Source of the DNA: an uncultured Actinomycetes bacterium
GTDB lineage: Bacteria > Actinomycetota > Thermoleophilia > Gaiellales > Gaiellaceae
Length of the DNA stretch: 64,000 nucleotides
Reading direction: 5' to 3'
Assembly: GCA_963763475.1 (NCBI GenBank)
Contig: CAVXOR010000003.1
Location: forward strand, 174,334 to 238,333
Every line of letters starts with the position of its first letter. Position 1 is the stretch's first letter. The position numbers were made by a program, and so were the translations under genes. Below the pieces are notes generated by a model. The model was given only the letters and a program-made list of their open reading frames with translations. It was not told the origin of the DNA and did not search any database. This document shows, one piece after another, positions 54,831 to 62,660 of the stretch.

Positions 54831-55143
54831 CTAGGGAAGCCGGATCGCGCTGCTCCGGCTCCAGTCCTGCTCCAGCAAGGCGTCGAGCAGCTCCGCGGCC
54901 TCGGCCTCGTTTCCTGGGAGCAGATGGCCGTAGCGGTCGAGCGTGATCGAGATCGAGGCATGGCCCATGTAGGTAGCGAGCGCCTTCACGTTCACCCCGG
55001 CACGGATCATCAGCGAAGCGAACGTATGCCGTGCCTCGTGCAGCGTGATCGGCTCGAGTTTGTGCTTCTGCCAGCGCGCCTGCGCCTGCAGCGCGAGCTT
55101 GCGATCGTCGAACACTTTCACGCCGTCGAGCGAGAAAATCAGG
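54831..55143 (-). pseudogene. Tyrosine recombinase (phage integrase), C-terminal catalytic fragment only
   Basis: ...ITLHEARHTFASLMIRAGVNVKALATYMGHASISITLDRYGHL... contains the catalytic H-x-x-R, H and Y. An in-frame TGA lies just upstream (about 55,144) and no N-terminal domains are present. Confidence 0.8.
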
Positions 55144-55156
55144 CCGGCGTCTCAGC

Positions 55157-55289
55157 GACGAGTGCGAGGCTGCCTGGCTACCGGACGACCAGGAGCGCTG
55201 GTCCGCCTGCCTCGCCGGCGACGACCTCCGACGAGCCGGGCGAGCTCGTCTTCTACTGCCCGGAATGCGCCGAGCGCGAGTTCGCATAG
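55157..55289 (+). pseudogene. Remnant of a small zinc-ribbon protein (...ELVFYCPECAEREFA*), frame-broken and lacking a start
   Basis: ECEAAWLPDDQERWSACLAGDD is in frame 2; DEPGELVFYCPECAEREFA* is in frame 0. Confidence 0.35.
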
Positions 55290-55570
55290 GGACTAGCCGA
55301 ACGCGGCAGGGGGCCCCGAGGCGTTCGCGACGCGTGCCGTCAGTCCCCAGCGCGCGAACTGCCTTGCCGCAGCTAACCCCTGCCGCAGCAAGTTAGTCAC
55401 CGCTGGGGGCGGTGACGAAACGGGCCAGCCCCAGCACTCGTGGTCCTGCGTTAGCGCGACCCCAGTCGACGTGAAGGAAGCCCTCGGGGAAACGCTTGAT
55501 TGCGTGCCTTCCAGTTCCTTCGAGCAAAAGCGGTGCGCGGACGGCCCTGCGAGGTCGAAGCTGCGTCGCG

Positions 55571-55885
55571 CTACCCGCGGGCGACGACTTTTCCCGCAGT
55601 GATCTGGGGCGGGTTTGGCAGCAGTTGGGCGAGGTTCTCCTCTACCCACTCGGCTGCTCGCGTATTCGATTCCTCTACACCTTCCTGATCTTCGAAGATG
55701 CCCGCGGTCGCTTCCTCATCTTCGAAGATGCTGGTCGAAACCATCACCCCGTCGCCTGCATCGACCCAGTAGTAGGCAACAAAGCCTGGCATCTCACGAA
55801 GGATGGAGACAAAACCTTCGCCGACCCGCCTTCCGGCCTCCTCCGGGTCCGTGACGCCTTCGTAGCGTCGTACCGTCGCGTACAT
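55571..55885 (-). CDS. Small ABM/dimeric alpha-beta-barrel-like protein
   Basis: AGGAGG Shine-Dalgarno plus ATG at 55885: MYATVRRYEGVTDPEEAGRRVGEGFVSILREMPGFVAYYWVD... Contains an internal 30-bp partial tandem duplication. Confidence 0.6.
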   Translation of the reverse strand: MYATVRRYEGVTDPEEAGRRVGEGFVSILREMPGFVAYYWVDAGDGVMVSTSIFEDEEATAGIFEDQEGVEESNTRAAEWVEENLAQLLPNPPQITAGKVVARG

Positions 55886-56288
55886 GATGTCCTCCTTCCT
55901 ACGCGGACACGGCAAGAATCAGCACGTGCCCTCTTACGTCCTCCAGCCGTAGGCAGCGCAGCCTACGACACGGGGCGAAGTCGTGGCCAACCAATGCGCT
56001 GGGCAGACGCGCGAGGACCTCGTTGACGACTGGTCGGGCTGAGCAAGAGCGGATTAAGGAGGCGTTACGCGGGATCGCCTCCCCGTTCCGGCCTCACGCG
56101 TTCCGAAACGACTTCTCGCCGGCGTGTTCGTTGCTCTCCTCGGCGTCGTCCTTGTGGTCGGCGTCGGCGTGCGACGTGGCCACGCGACTAGAAAGCCGCA
56201 TCGCCGCTAAAGCAATTCGGAAAGTCCGGGATGCTCGACGCTTCCGGGGGAGATGCGCCAGGCCTCCCTGCCGCAACCACCCTGAGCG

Positions 56289-56606
56289 TTATCTGAGCTT
56301 CGAACGGGAGAACCGCGGCCGTGGCGTGAGTTTGTTTCGCGAAGGTCTAGCCAAGGGTTCGCTAGGGGTCTGACCCGTCGGCGCGCCGCCCCCCTTACCC
56401 CTCGAGGAATTACACGATCTGCATAAGACGCGGAGGTTGTTGAGCGCGTTCGTTCCGCCTCGACTCAACGGAATGACGTGGTCGATCGTCAGGTCGTCTC
56501 GACTGCCGCACCAGGTGCACCAGGGCTGCCTCCGGATCAGGAGGGCGCGGACCCGGAGGTACTGCTCGGTGTAGCCACGCTGCTGCCTGGTTCCTGGCCG
56601 AGGCAC
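56289..56606 (-). CDS. HNH endonuclease (phage-type)
   Basis: CTWCG...IDHVIPLSRGGTNALNNLRVLCRSCN is an HNH/ββα-Me motif with zinc Cys pairs. Confidence 0.85.
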   Translation of the reverse strand: MPRPGTRQQRGYTEQYLRVRALLIRRQPWCTWCGSRDDLTIDHVIPLSRGGTNALNNLRVLCRSCNSSRGKGGGAPTGQTPSEPLARPSRNKLTPRPRFSRSKLR

Positions 56607-56851
56607 TCAGCGCTCGATCTCGAGCTCGCCGAGGACCTGCTCGACAGGAACGAGGATCGCGAAGAGACGCGGGGAACTGGCGGACGACTGGATCGGCTGA
56701 GTCGGAGCGGGCTCCGCGCTCGACGAGCTGACCCATCAGCCGGTCTGAATCTCTCGAGCGCAACGACCGATGCATCGGGCTCGATGAAGTCCCGGATCGT
56801 CGGCCTACGCTTTGCGTACGTCCGAGCCCACGGCGCTCCCTTCGTCGGACG

Positions 56852-57565
56852 TCAGCCAGGCCGGCTCGACGTCTGGTCTCGCTGCAGCTGCCAGGCAGGT
56901 CGTGGCTCAGGATCAGCCGACCGAATCGCCGTCTCGCGTCTGCGCGGCTCAGGTGCTCCGGTGAGGGAACGAAGCCTGGCCTCGGTGGCGCTGTATGCCG
57001 GAAGTGAAGTCGGGCCGACGTCACTCAGGCGCAGTTCGGTACGTGTCACTTCCATCAGCTGGTCGGGGTTCCAGGCCGACCGTGACGGCCGACGGTTGTA
57101 GCTCGACTTGATCGGGCGGGCCCTGAAGCTGGAGCCGTACTGGCCGGAGCGAAGACCTTCGATCAGGAGCAGCGGCACGCCGTCGTGCAACCGGGCCGTG
57201 TAGCGCAGGCCATCGGCGTCAGCGCTCAGGGCCTCGATCTGACCCAGCAGCAGCGAGCCGAGCTGGGGATGCTTGCCGTGATCGAGCAGCAGCGGGATCC
57301 GGCCGCCGTTCTCAGTGAGCGTCTTGGCAAAGGCCGTTGACGCGATGCGCTCGAGATAGTGGCCCTCGTGATCGACAACCTCCTGCCACTGATCGAACAC
57401 CGCGGCCGTGCCGGTCAACGTGCGGCTCGTGTCGGTGAATTCGTTGTCCGAACTCTCGACCAGTGCCAACGAGCCGATCGAGCCGGTGCGACAGATCACC
57501 GTTCCCCGGCTCTGAGGCTCGCGTGGCCGCGCGGCCCGTAGCCCGGCGAGCTCCCAGCTACTCAT
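56852..57565 (-). CDS. HK97-family prohead (maturation) protease
   Basis: ATG at 57565 overlaps the upstream stop (ATGA). LTGTAAVFDQWQEV...YLERIASTAFAKTL...IPLLLDHG...LGSLL...GLRY are family-typical. The C-terminal ~40 aa look off-composition, so the end may be degenerate. Confidence 0.7.
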   Translation of the reverse strand: MSSWELAGLRAARPREPQSRGTVICRTGSIGSLALVESSDNEFTDTSRTLTGTAAVFDQWQEVVDHEGHYLERIASTAFAKTLTENGGRIPLLLDHGKHPQLGSLLLGQIEALSADADGLRYTARLHDGVPLLLIEGLRSGQYGSSFRARPIKSSYNRRPSRSAWNPDQLMEVTRTELRLSDVGPTSLPAYSATEARLRSLTGAPEPRRRETAIRSADPEPRPAWQLQRDQTSSRPG

Positions 57566-57900
57566 CCAGGATCTCCATCCAGGATCTTGCAGACCGCCTG
57601 CTTGGCTTCGTCGAATTCGTAAATCCGACGCGTGAGCTCGCTGGCCTCCTCGAGGCTGAGTGTCGCCCGGTAGCCGGCGAACACACCCGCCAACTCGTTG
57701 AACCCGTCCTGGGTGACGTCTTCGTCGACCAGGGCCTGTCGCATCCGCACCAGCCAGGTCGTGCTCGGCTCCGACAGGGGGAGATCGTCCACCACCTCGC
57801 CACCGTCCTCCACGCGCAGCTCGTGGATGCCCTGGCGGATGCGCTCGACCTCCTCGACTCGCTGGGCCGGTGACATCCTGAGGAACGTCGAAGCGTTCAT
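57562..57900 (-). CDS. Hypothetical phage-related protein
   Basis: 112 aa; translationally coupled on both sides (ATGA overlaps). Confidence 0.55.
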   Translation of the reverse strand: MNASTFLRMSPAQRVEEVERIRQGIHELRVEDGGEVVDDLPLSEPSTTWLVRMRQALVDEDVTQDGFNELAGVFAGYRATLSLEEASELTRRIYEFDEAKQAVCKILDGDPG

Positions 57901-58097
57901 TCGGGATCTCCGTTGCTCGAGGCGAGGGCGATCCAGGCTTCCAGCTGGTCGGCGTCGATCCGTAGCTGAGCGCCGACGCGAACCGCGGCAAGCTCTCGAT
58001 TGGCGACCAGTCGCCGGACCGTCTTCTCGGAGACGTTCAGGCGCTGCGCGGCCTCCCGTAGCGTCAGCATTGGCCGTTGCTGTATCGCGGTGTCCAT
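57897..58097 (-). CDS. Excisionase/MerR-type helix-turn-helix DNA-binding protein
   Basis: 66 aa; MLTLREAAQRLNVSEKTVRRLVANRELAAVRVG is a typical Xis-family HTH. Confidence 0.75.
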   Translation of the reverse strand: MDTAIQQRPMLTLREAAQRLNVSEKTVRRLVANRELAAVRVGAQLRIDADQLEAWIALASSNGDPE

Positions 58098-58168
58098 TCC
58101 TCACTGGGAGGTTCGGCTAAGCGCCGAGGCCGCGAGTAGATTGCGGAGTGGTCTGAGCAGGAGGAGCG

Positions 58169-58273
58169 ATGCTGACAAGCAACAAGTCCCTGAACATCCT
58201 GATCGTCGTCGTGGCGGTGTTCCTCGTGGTCATCGCGGTGTCGTTGGTGCTCCTCGGAGTAGGCAGCGGCTGA
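58169..58273 (+). CDS. Tiny single-TM protein (34 aa)
   Basis: AGGAGG Shine-Dalgarno plus ATG: MLTSNKSLNILIVVVAVFLVVIAVSLVLLGVGSG*. Below the ORF-track cut-off. Confidence 0.4.
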   Translation: MLTSNKSLNILIVVVAVFLVVIAVSLVLLGVGSG

Positions 58274-58299
58274 GTCCACTCCTCAATCAGGCCTGGTCT

Positions 58300-58774
58300 T
58301 TGCACGACGTCGACGACGTGGAGGCTCTGCTTGCCCGGGCAGTTCGGCGTAGCCGTTATGCGAACGAGCTCCGGCCTGACGAACGAGACGACCTCGTCAC
58401 CTATCTGCTCGAGTTCGCCTGGAAGCTCTCCGAGAAATTCGATCCCGGCCGAGGCAGCTTCGCCACCTTCCTCTTCGCCTGCAGCGGACGGGCAATCGCC
58501 GACTACCACCGAAGCCGCTATCGCACCCGATGGGTCTTCAAAGACCGCGTCTACGAACGGCCCCGGCCCGAGCTCGTCTCACTCGACGACGGCGACGATC
58601 GTGATTCGCTGGGCGGAACTCTCGGAACGGGGTCAGGCGCTTCTTCGGACGGTTGGAGTCCCGATCTCGGTCGGCTACTCGGAGCGCGAGATAGCTCGAG
58701 GGCTCGGGATGCCGACACGCTGGGTCTCCGAAGCTCTCGTCGAGCTGCAGGATGAGCTTCGCCAGCTCGGTTAG
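58300..58774 (+). CDS. Sigma-70/ECF-like protein gene with a conserved internal frame switch (region-2-like part in frame 1; region-4 HTH part in frame 2)
   Basis: Frame 1: ...DDLVTYLLEFAWKLSEKFDPGRGSFATFLFACSGRAIADYHRSRY...LVSLDDGD. Frame 2: ...WAELSERGQALLRTVGVPISVGYSEREIARGLGMPTRWVSEALVELQDELRQLG*. The start (TTG 58300 or GTG 58318) is uncertain. Confidence 0.6.
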
Positions 58775-58776
58775 GC

Positions 58777-58797
58777 CGAGCCGGATGCGGCTCGTTT
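58777..58797 (+). terminator. Short terminator hairpin after the sigma-like gene
   Basis: CGAGCCG-GATG-CGGCTCG followed by TTT. Confidence 0.5.
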
Positions 58798-59405
58798 AAG
58801 AGGCAGCACCGGCTGGGAATCGTCGGAAATGCGGCTTCTGAGCAACACCAGTGGAAGCCGAGTCTGCGGTAAATGGAGCCGGAGCACCTCACTGCCCCAG
58901 TGAGGAGCGCGTTCCTTAGCCGCAGCAGGAACGCGTCACGCTCCGGCTCCACCTTGTACAACTCGAGCTCCGTTTTCTCCGCTTCGCCCGGTGGTATATG
59001 CCCGGGGTCGGAGCCGAGCGAAGCCTTGGGGGGAGAGCTTCGGGGGATCGCTCGGCTCCGGTTCTTCGCCAGATGTGCGCACAGCCGGCGAGGTAGTTCC
59101 TACCGATGGCCCGGAGGAGGAGCGGCTGTAGAACTAAGGGTGTCGGGCCGGGTGCGGCTCAGCTCTCCAGTAAGGGGAAAGGCTAAGCCGCCTTGCCTAG
59201 CTGCCGCGCCCGGCCCGCCCTTTCTCTTGCGGATCGAGTGACCAGCGCGGCTCGGTTCTCGCGTGGGACAGGCCGCGCTGGCGGATCTCCGGCTCGCTCG
59301 AGTCCTGCTCCAGTGATGCTCCAGTGACGACCGGAACAGCCAAAACCGTTAAGGCTTTCGACGTCCTCCGACAGGGCCCGCAACTCCCTTAGCCAAGCGG
59401 ATTCA

Positions 59406-59494
59406 CGGCGGGGGTGGGATTCGAACCCACGAGCGCCTGTTACGGCGCTAGCGGTTTTCAAGACCGCCCCGTTCGGCCGCTCCGGCACCCCGCC
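59406..59494 (-). tRNA. tRNA-Ser (anticodon UGA)
   Basis: Acceptor GGCGGGG/CCCCGCC, anticodon stem GCGGU/ACCGC, loop CUUGAAA, long variable arm, T-loop GGUUCGAAUCC. Confidence 0.88.
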
Positions 59495-59513
59495 GTTCGT
59501 TGAGCGTAGAGAA

Positions 59514-60716
59514 CTACGACTCGATGCGGGGCGGGGCGCCGAACTCGCGCAAGACGTCCGGCACGTCGCCCTGGAAGTTCTCGAGCACGGCCAGCGCCCA
59601 GCGGTCGGTGACGGCCGTGCCGTTCAGCGTGTGCACGTACTCGGTGTGGCCGTTCGCCCGGTAGCGGATGCCTAGGCGGCGCGACTGGTAGTCGGTCGTG
59701 TTCGAGGCTGACGTCAGCTCGCGGTAGCGCTCCTGGGAGGGGAACCACGCCTCGAGGTCGTAGCGCTTGGCCGCCGCCGCGCTCAGCTCGCTCGCTTCGA
59801 TGTTCACCACGCGGTACGGGAGCCCGAGCTCCTGCGCGAGTGACTCCTCGATCGCCAGCAGCCGCTCGTGCTCGTCCCACGACTCCTCCGGCAGCACGTA
59901 CGCGAACAGCTCGACCTTGTTGAACTGATGGACGCGGAACATCCCGCGCGTGTCGCGGCCGGCCGCGCCGGCCTCGCGCCGGAAGTTGGTGGAGAAGGCC
60001 GTGTAGCGCAGCGGCAGCTGCTCGCGCTCGAGGATCTCGCCCATGTGCAACCCGGCGAGCGCGACCTCGGAGGTGCCCGTCAAATAGAGGCCCTCGTCCA
60101 CGACCTCGTAGATCTCGAAGCGCTCGGCCGGGAAGAAGCCGGTGCCGTACATCGCCTCCTCGCGCACGAGCACGGGTGGGATCACCGGCGCGAAGCCCTG
60201 CGCGACCGCGCGGTCGAGCGCCCAGCGGTAGAGCGCCAGGGCGAGCCGAGCGGTGTCGCCGACGATGTAGCCGAACCGCGAGCCGGAGAGGCGTGCGCCG
60301 CGCTCCATCTCGAAGCGGCCGAGCTCGAGGTGCTCCTTCGGCTCGTCCAGCTGCGGCCGCTCGCCGACCTCGCGCACGATTTCGCCCTCGGAGTCGCCGC
60401 TCGCCTCGTCGGGAACCGACTCGTGCGCGGGGTTCGGCACCTTCTCGAGCAGCTCGTCGCGCCGCGCCTCGGCTTCGCTCAGCTCCTGCTCGAGACGGCG
60501 CAGGTCCTCCTTGACCGTCTTCAGCTCCTCGACCTGCTCGGGCGTCGGCTTGCCCTTCAGCTTCTGCCGGCCGCGCAGCTCGTCGACCTGCGGCACGAGC
60601 TCGCGCCAGCGCCCGTCCGCCTCGAGCAGCTCGTCGAACGCCTCGGCGCCGCCCTTTCGCGTGATCCCCGGCCGCACGCGGTCGGGATTTGCCCGCGCGG
60701 CTTTGAGGTCGATCAA
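59514..60716 (-). CDS. serS: Seryl-tRNA synthetase
   Basis: 400 aa. N-terminal coiled-coil arm. Class II motifs (FRREAG..., GMFRVHQFNKVE, TLNGTAVT). Confidence 0.93.
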   Translation of the reverse strand: MIDLKAARANPDRVRPGITRKGGAEAFDELLEADGRWRELVPQVDELRGRQKLKGKPTPEQVEELKTVKEDLRRLEQELSEAEARRDELLEKVPNPAHESVPDEASGDSEGEIVREVGERPQLDEPKEHLELGRFEMERGARLSGSRFGYIVGDTARLALALYRWALDRAVAQGFAPVIPPVLVREEAMYGTGFFPAERFEIYEVVDEGLYLTGTSEVALAGLHMGEILEREQLPLRYTAFSTNFRREAGAAGRDTRGMFRVHQFNKVELFAYVLPEESWDEHERLLAIEESLAQELGLPYRVVNIEASELSAAAAKRYDLEAWFPSQERYRELTSASNTTDYQSRRLGIRYRANGHTEYVHTLNGTAVTDRWALAVLENFQGDVPDVLREFGAPPRIES

Positions 60717-61147
60717 CCCGGGTTCTGGGTCAGGTACGCCACGAGATCGGCGATCTGCTTCTCCGACAGCGACTGGCCGAAGTTGGGCATCGCGTTGGAG
60801 TAGCCCTTTTCGATGTAGGCGGCCGGGTTGGCGATCGACTCGTGCGTGAACTCTTCCAGCGACCCCTGGTTGGCGGTCTTGGCGTAGTCGGGCAGCTTGT
60901 CCAGGTCGGGCCCGACGTTGCCCTGGGAGCCGGCCGGCTTGAAGACGTGGCAGCCGCCACAGCCCTGGGCCGTGAACAGGGTGGCGCCGGCCTTCGCGTC
61001 CCCGGCAGCCGCCTTCGTGGTCGTCGTCGGCACGCTGCCGACCACCTTCTCCGCGGTCGGCATCACGGTCTCGGAGCCGCAGCCGGCGAGCACGAAGGCG
61101 AGGACGAGAAATGGGGCCACTCGGCGCATCGGCGCGAGTCTACTCAA
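60713..61147 (-). CDS. c-type cytochrome (class I), lipoprotein-anchored
   Basis: Lipobox LAGCG; haem motif CGGCH; distal Met in NAMP. The start may be the internal Met at 61129. Confidence 0.85.
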   Translation of the reverse strand: MSRLAPMRRVAPFLVLAFVLAGCGSETVMPTAEKVVGSVPTTTTKAAAGDAKAGATLFTAQGCGGCHVFKPAGSQGNVGPDLDKLPDYAKTANQGSLEEFTHESIANPAAYIEKGYSNAMPNFGQSLSEKQIADLVAYLTQNPG

Positions 61148-62645
61148 GGCGTCCGCGGCCCTCTTCGCTTCTGGTCAGCAGCCAGAGCCCGAGCGCGGCG
61201 AAGCCTCCGTAGCCGGCCACGTCGGTAGGTGTGTCGTTCACCAGGAAGGAGACTGCAAGGGCCACGAGGTAGGCGTCGAGCAGCGCAGAGCGAGGCCGCT
61301 GGAGCGCGAGCACGACCAGTCCGACCAGCCCGAGCGCGAACAGGAGCGCGCTGTTCCATGTCGACGAGACCGAGGCGGCGGAGAGGTGGAGCCGGTGGCC
61401 GAGGTCGCCGAGGACCGATCCAGGCCCGCCGCCGACCGCGTTCGTGACGTGGCTCGAGCCGCCGGTCGCCGCGTCGATCCCGACCAGCAGCAGTGCCGCG
61501 CCGGCCGCGACCGCCGTGGCCGCTGCGGCCCGGAGGGCGGGGACGTGCCGCAGCCTGAGCCAGAGGACGAGGAAGCCTGCGAGGTAGACCACCAGTCCGC
61601 CGCCGTCGGCGCCGACGCGGCTCGCCGCGATCCCGGCGGCGAGGGCAATCGCGACCAGCGGCAGGAAGCGCGCGCCGACCAGCGCTCCCAGCACGAGCGC
61701 GGGCGGTAGCAGCAGCGTCTCGACCTGGTTCGTGACGCCGTAGAAGCGGCCGCCGCCGTCGGGGTGGGGGCCGATCACCGCGAGCGCGTTCCAGGCCGGC
61801 TCGGCCCACATGACCGCGAACAGGAACGCGAACAACGCGGCCAGAGCCAGCGCGAGCGGGAGCCGGGGCCGAAGCAGCCAACCGCCCAGCAGCGCGCCGC
61901 CGCCGCCCGCCAGCGCGACGCCGAGCACGGCCGTCCGCGGTGAGACGCCTGCGGCGCTGAGCGCGACCGCGGAGGCAATGCACGCCGAAGGCACTAGGAA
62001 GACGGCGCGACAGAGCGCGGGGGCGCGGGTCAGCAGCGCGGCCAGCGAGAGGAGGATCAGCAGCCCCACCAGCACGAGCGTCGCCGGGACACGGGAGTCG
62101 TGTGCCCGCTGAAGCCGCCGGTCGAAGCGCTCGAGCCGGACCAGCGGGTCGCTCGCGGGCTCGGCGCGGATCGACGGCTGCTCCCCCCGCGCGAGCGCGC
62201 GCACCGAGGGTGCGACATCCGCAATCGAGATCAGCCCGGGCAGCCGGGTCGAGGTGTCGGTCAGCACACCGTGGTAGCCGGGACCGACGACGGCGATCGG
62301 ATAGCGGCGAACGTTGTGCGATTTCGCGGACGGCGGCAGCGCGACGTAGAAGGTGACCTGGCCAGGCCGGCGCGAAAGCGCGATCAGCGGCTCGCCGCCC
62401 GGGAGCCCGCCACCCACGATCGCGTTTCCCATCTCACCGCGGAGCAACGAGGCGAGCGCTCCTCGTCGGCTGACCGTCGCGCCCTCGCCGACGATCAGCA
62501 ACCCGTGCGCAGCTTGCGGCGAACGGAAGACGGGCGACGACGCGGGGGCGACGATCACGGCAGCCCGCTCGGAGGGCGCCGCCGCCGCGGGCGCGGTGGC
62601 CACCATCCCCAGGGCTACAATCACGAGGAACCTTCTCGCCTTCAA
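61140..62645 (-). CDS. Hypothetical polytopic membrane protein with an N-terminal extracytoplasmic domain
   Basis: Probable TTG start at 62645 (LKARRFLVIVALGMVATAPAAAA signal) and about ten TM helices. The track ORF extends to 63098, antisense to htpX. Confidence 0.6.
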   Translation of the reverse strand: MKARRFLVIVALGMVATAPAAAAPSERAAVIVAPASSPVFRSPQAAHGLLIVGEGATVSRRGALASLLRGEMGNAIVGGGLPGGEPLIALSRRPGQVTFYVALPPSAKSHNVRRYPIAVVGPGYHGVLTDTSTRLPGLISIADVAPSVRALARGEQPSIRAEPASDPLVRLERFDRRLQRAHDSRVPATLVLVGLLILLSLAALLTRAPALCRAVFLVPSACIASAVALSAAGVSPRTAVLGVALAGGGGALLGGWLLRPRLPLALALAALFAFLFAVMWAEPAWNALAVIGPHPDGGGRFYGVTNQVETLLLPPALVLGALVGARFLPLVAIALAAGIAASRVGADGGGLVVYLAGFLVLWLRLRHVPALRAAAATAVAAGAALLLVGIDAATGGSSHVTNAVGGGPGSVLGDLGHRLHLSAASVSSTWNSALLFALGLVGLVVLALQRPRSALLDAYLVALAVSFLVNDTPTDVAGYGGFAALGLWLLTRSEEGRGRLE

Positions 62646-62660
62646 GGAGGCCGATTCTCG

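Larger units (their letters stand above)
54759..59466. mobile_element. Decayed integrated element (prophage or satellite remnant) in tRNA-Ser(UGA)
   Basis: Bounded by the 61-bp direct repeats. Lower GC. Carries an integrase fragment, HNH endonuclease, HK97-type prohead protease, excisionase-like HTH and a sigma-like gene. No capsid, portal or terminase genes recognisable. Confidence 0.8.

Noticed and set aside
55293-55649. Track ORFs in the island's left part (55293..55649-, 55496..56026+, 56023..56373+, 56410..57024-, 56478..57101+)
   Set aside because: They have no start context or motifs, overlap each other, and have Arg/Pro/Ser-rich composition. The region looks like decayed non-coding remnant sequence.
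59406-59494. Possible selenocysteine tRNA, because of the long variable arm and U, G, A in the anticodon
   Set aside because: The anticodon is UGA (reads UCA, Ser), not UCA (reads UGA, Sec). The acceptor stem is the normal 7 bp, and no selA, selB or selD genes are in the window.
62100-62660. An N-terminal 187-aa extension of the htpX ORF, and the 62646..63098 extension of the minus-strand membrane-protein ORF
   Set aside because: Each extension is antisense to the other gene's well-supported coding region. A Shine-Dalgarno/ATG at 62661 and a signal-peptide-like TTG start at 62645 give sensible divergent genes.
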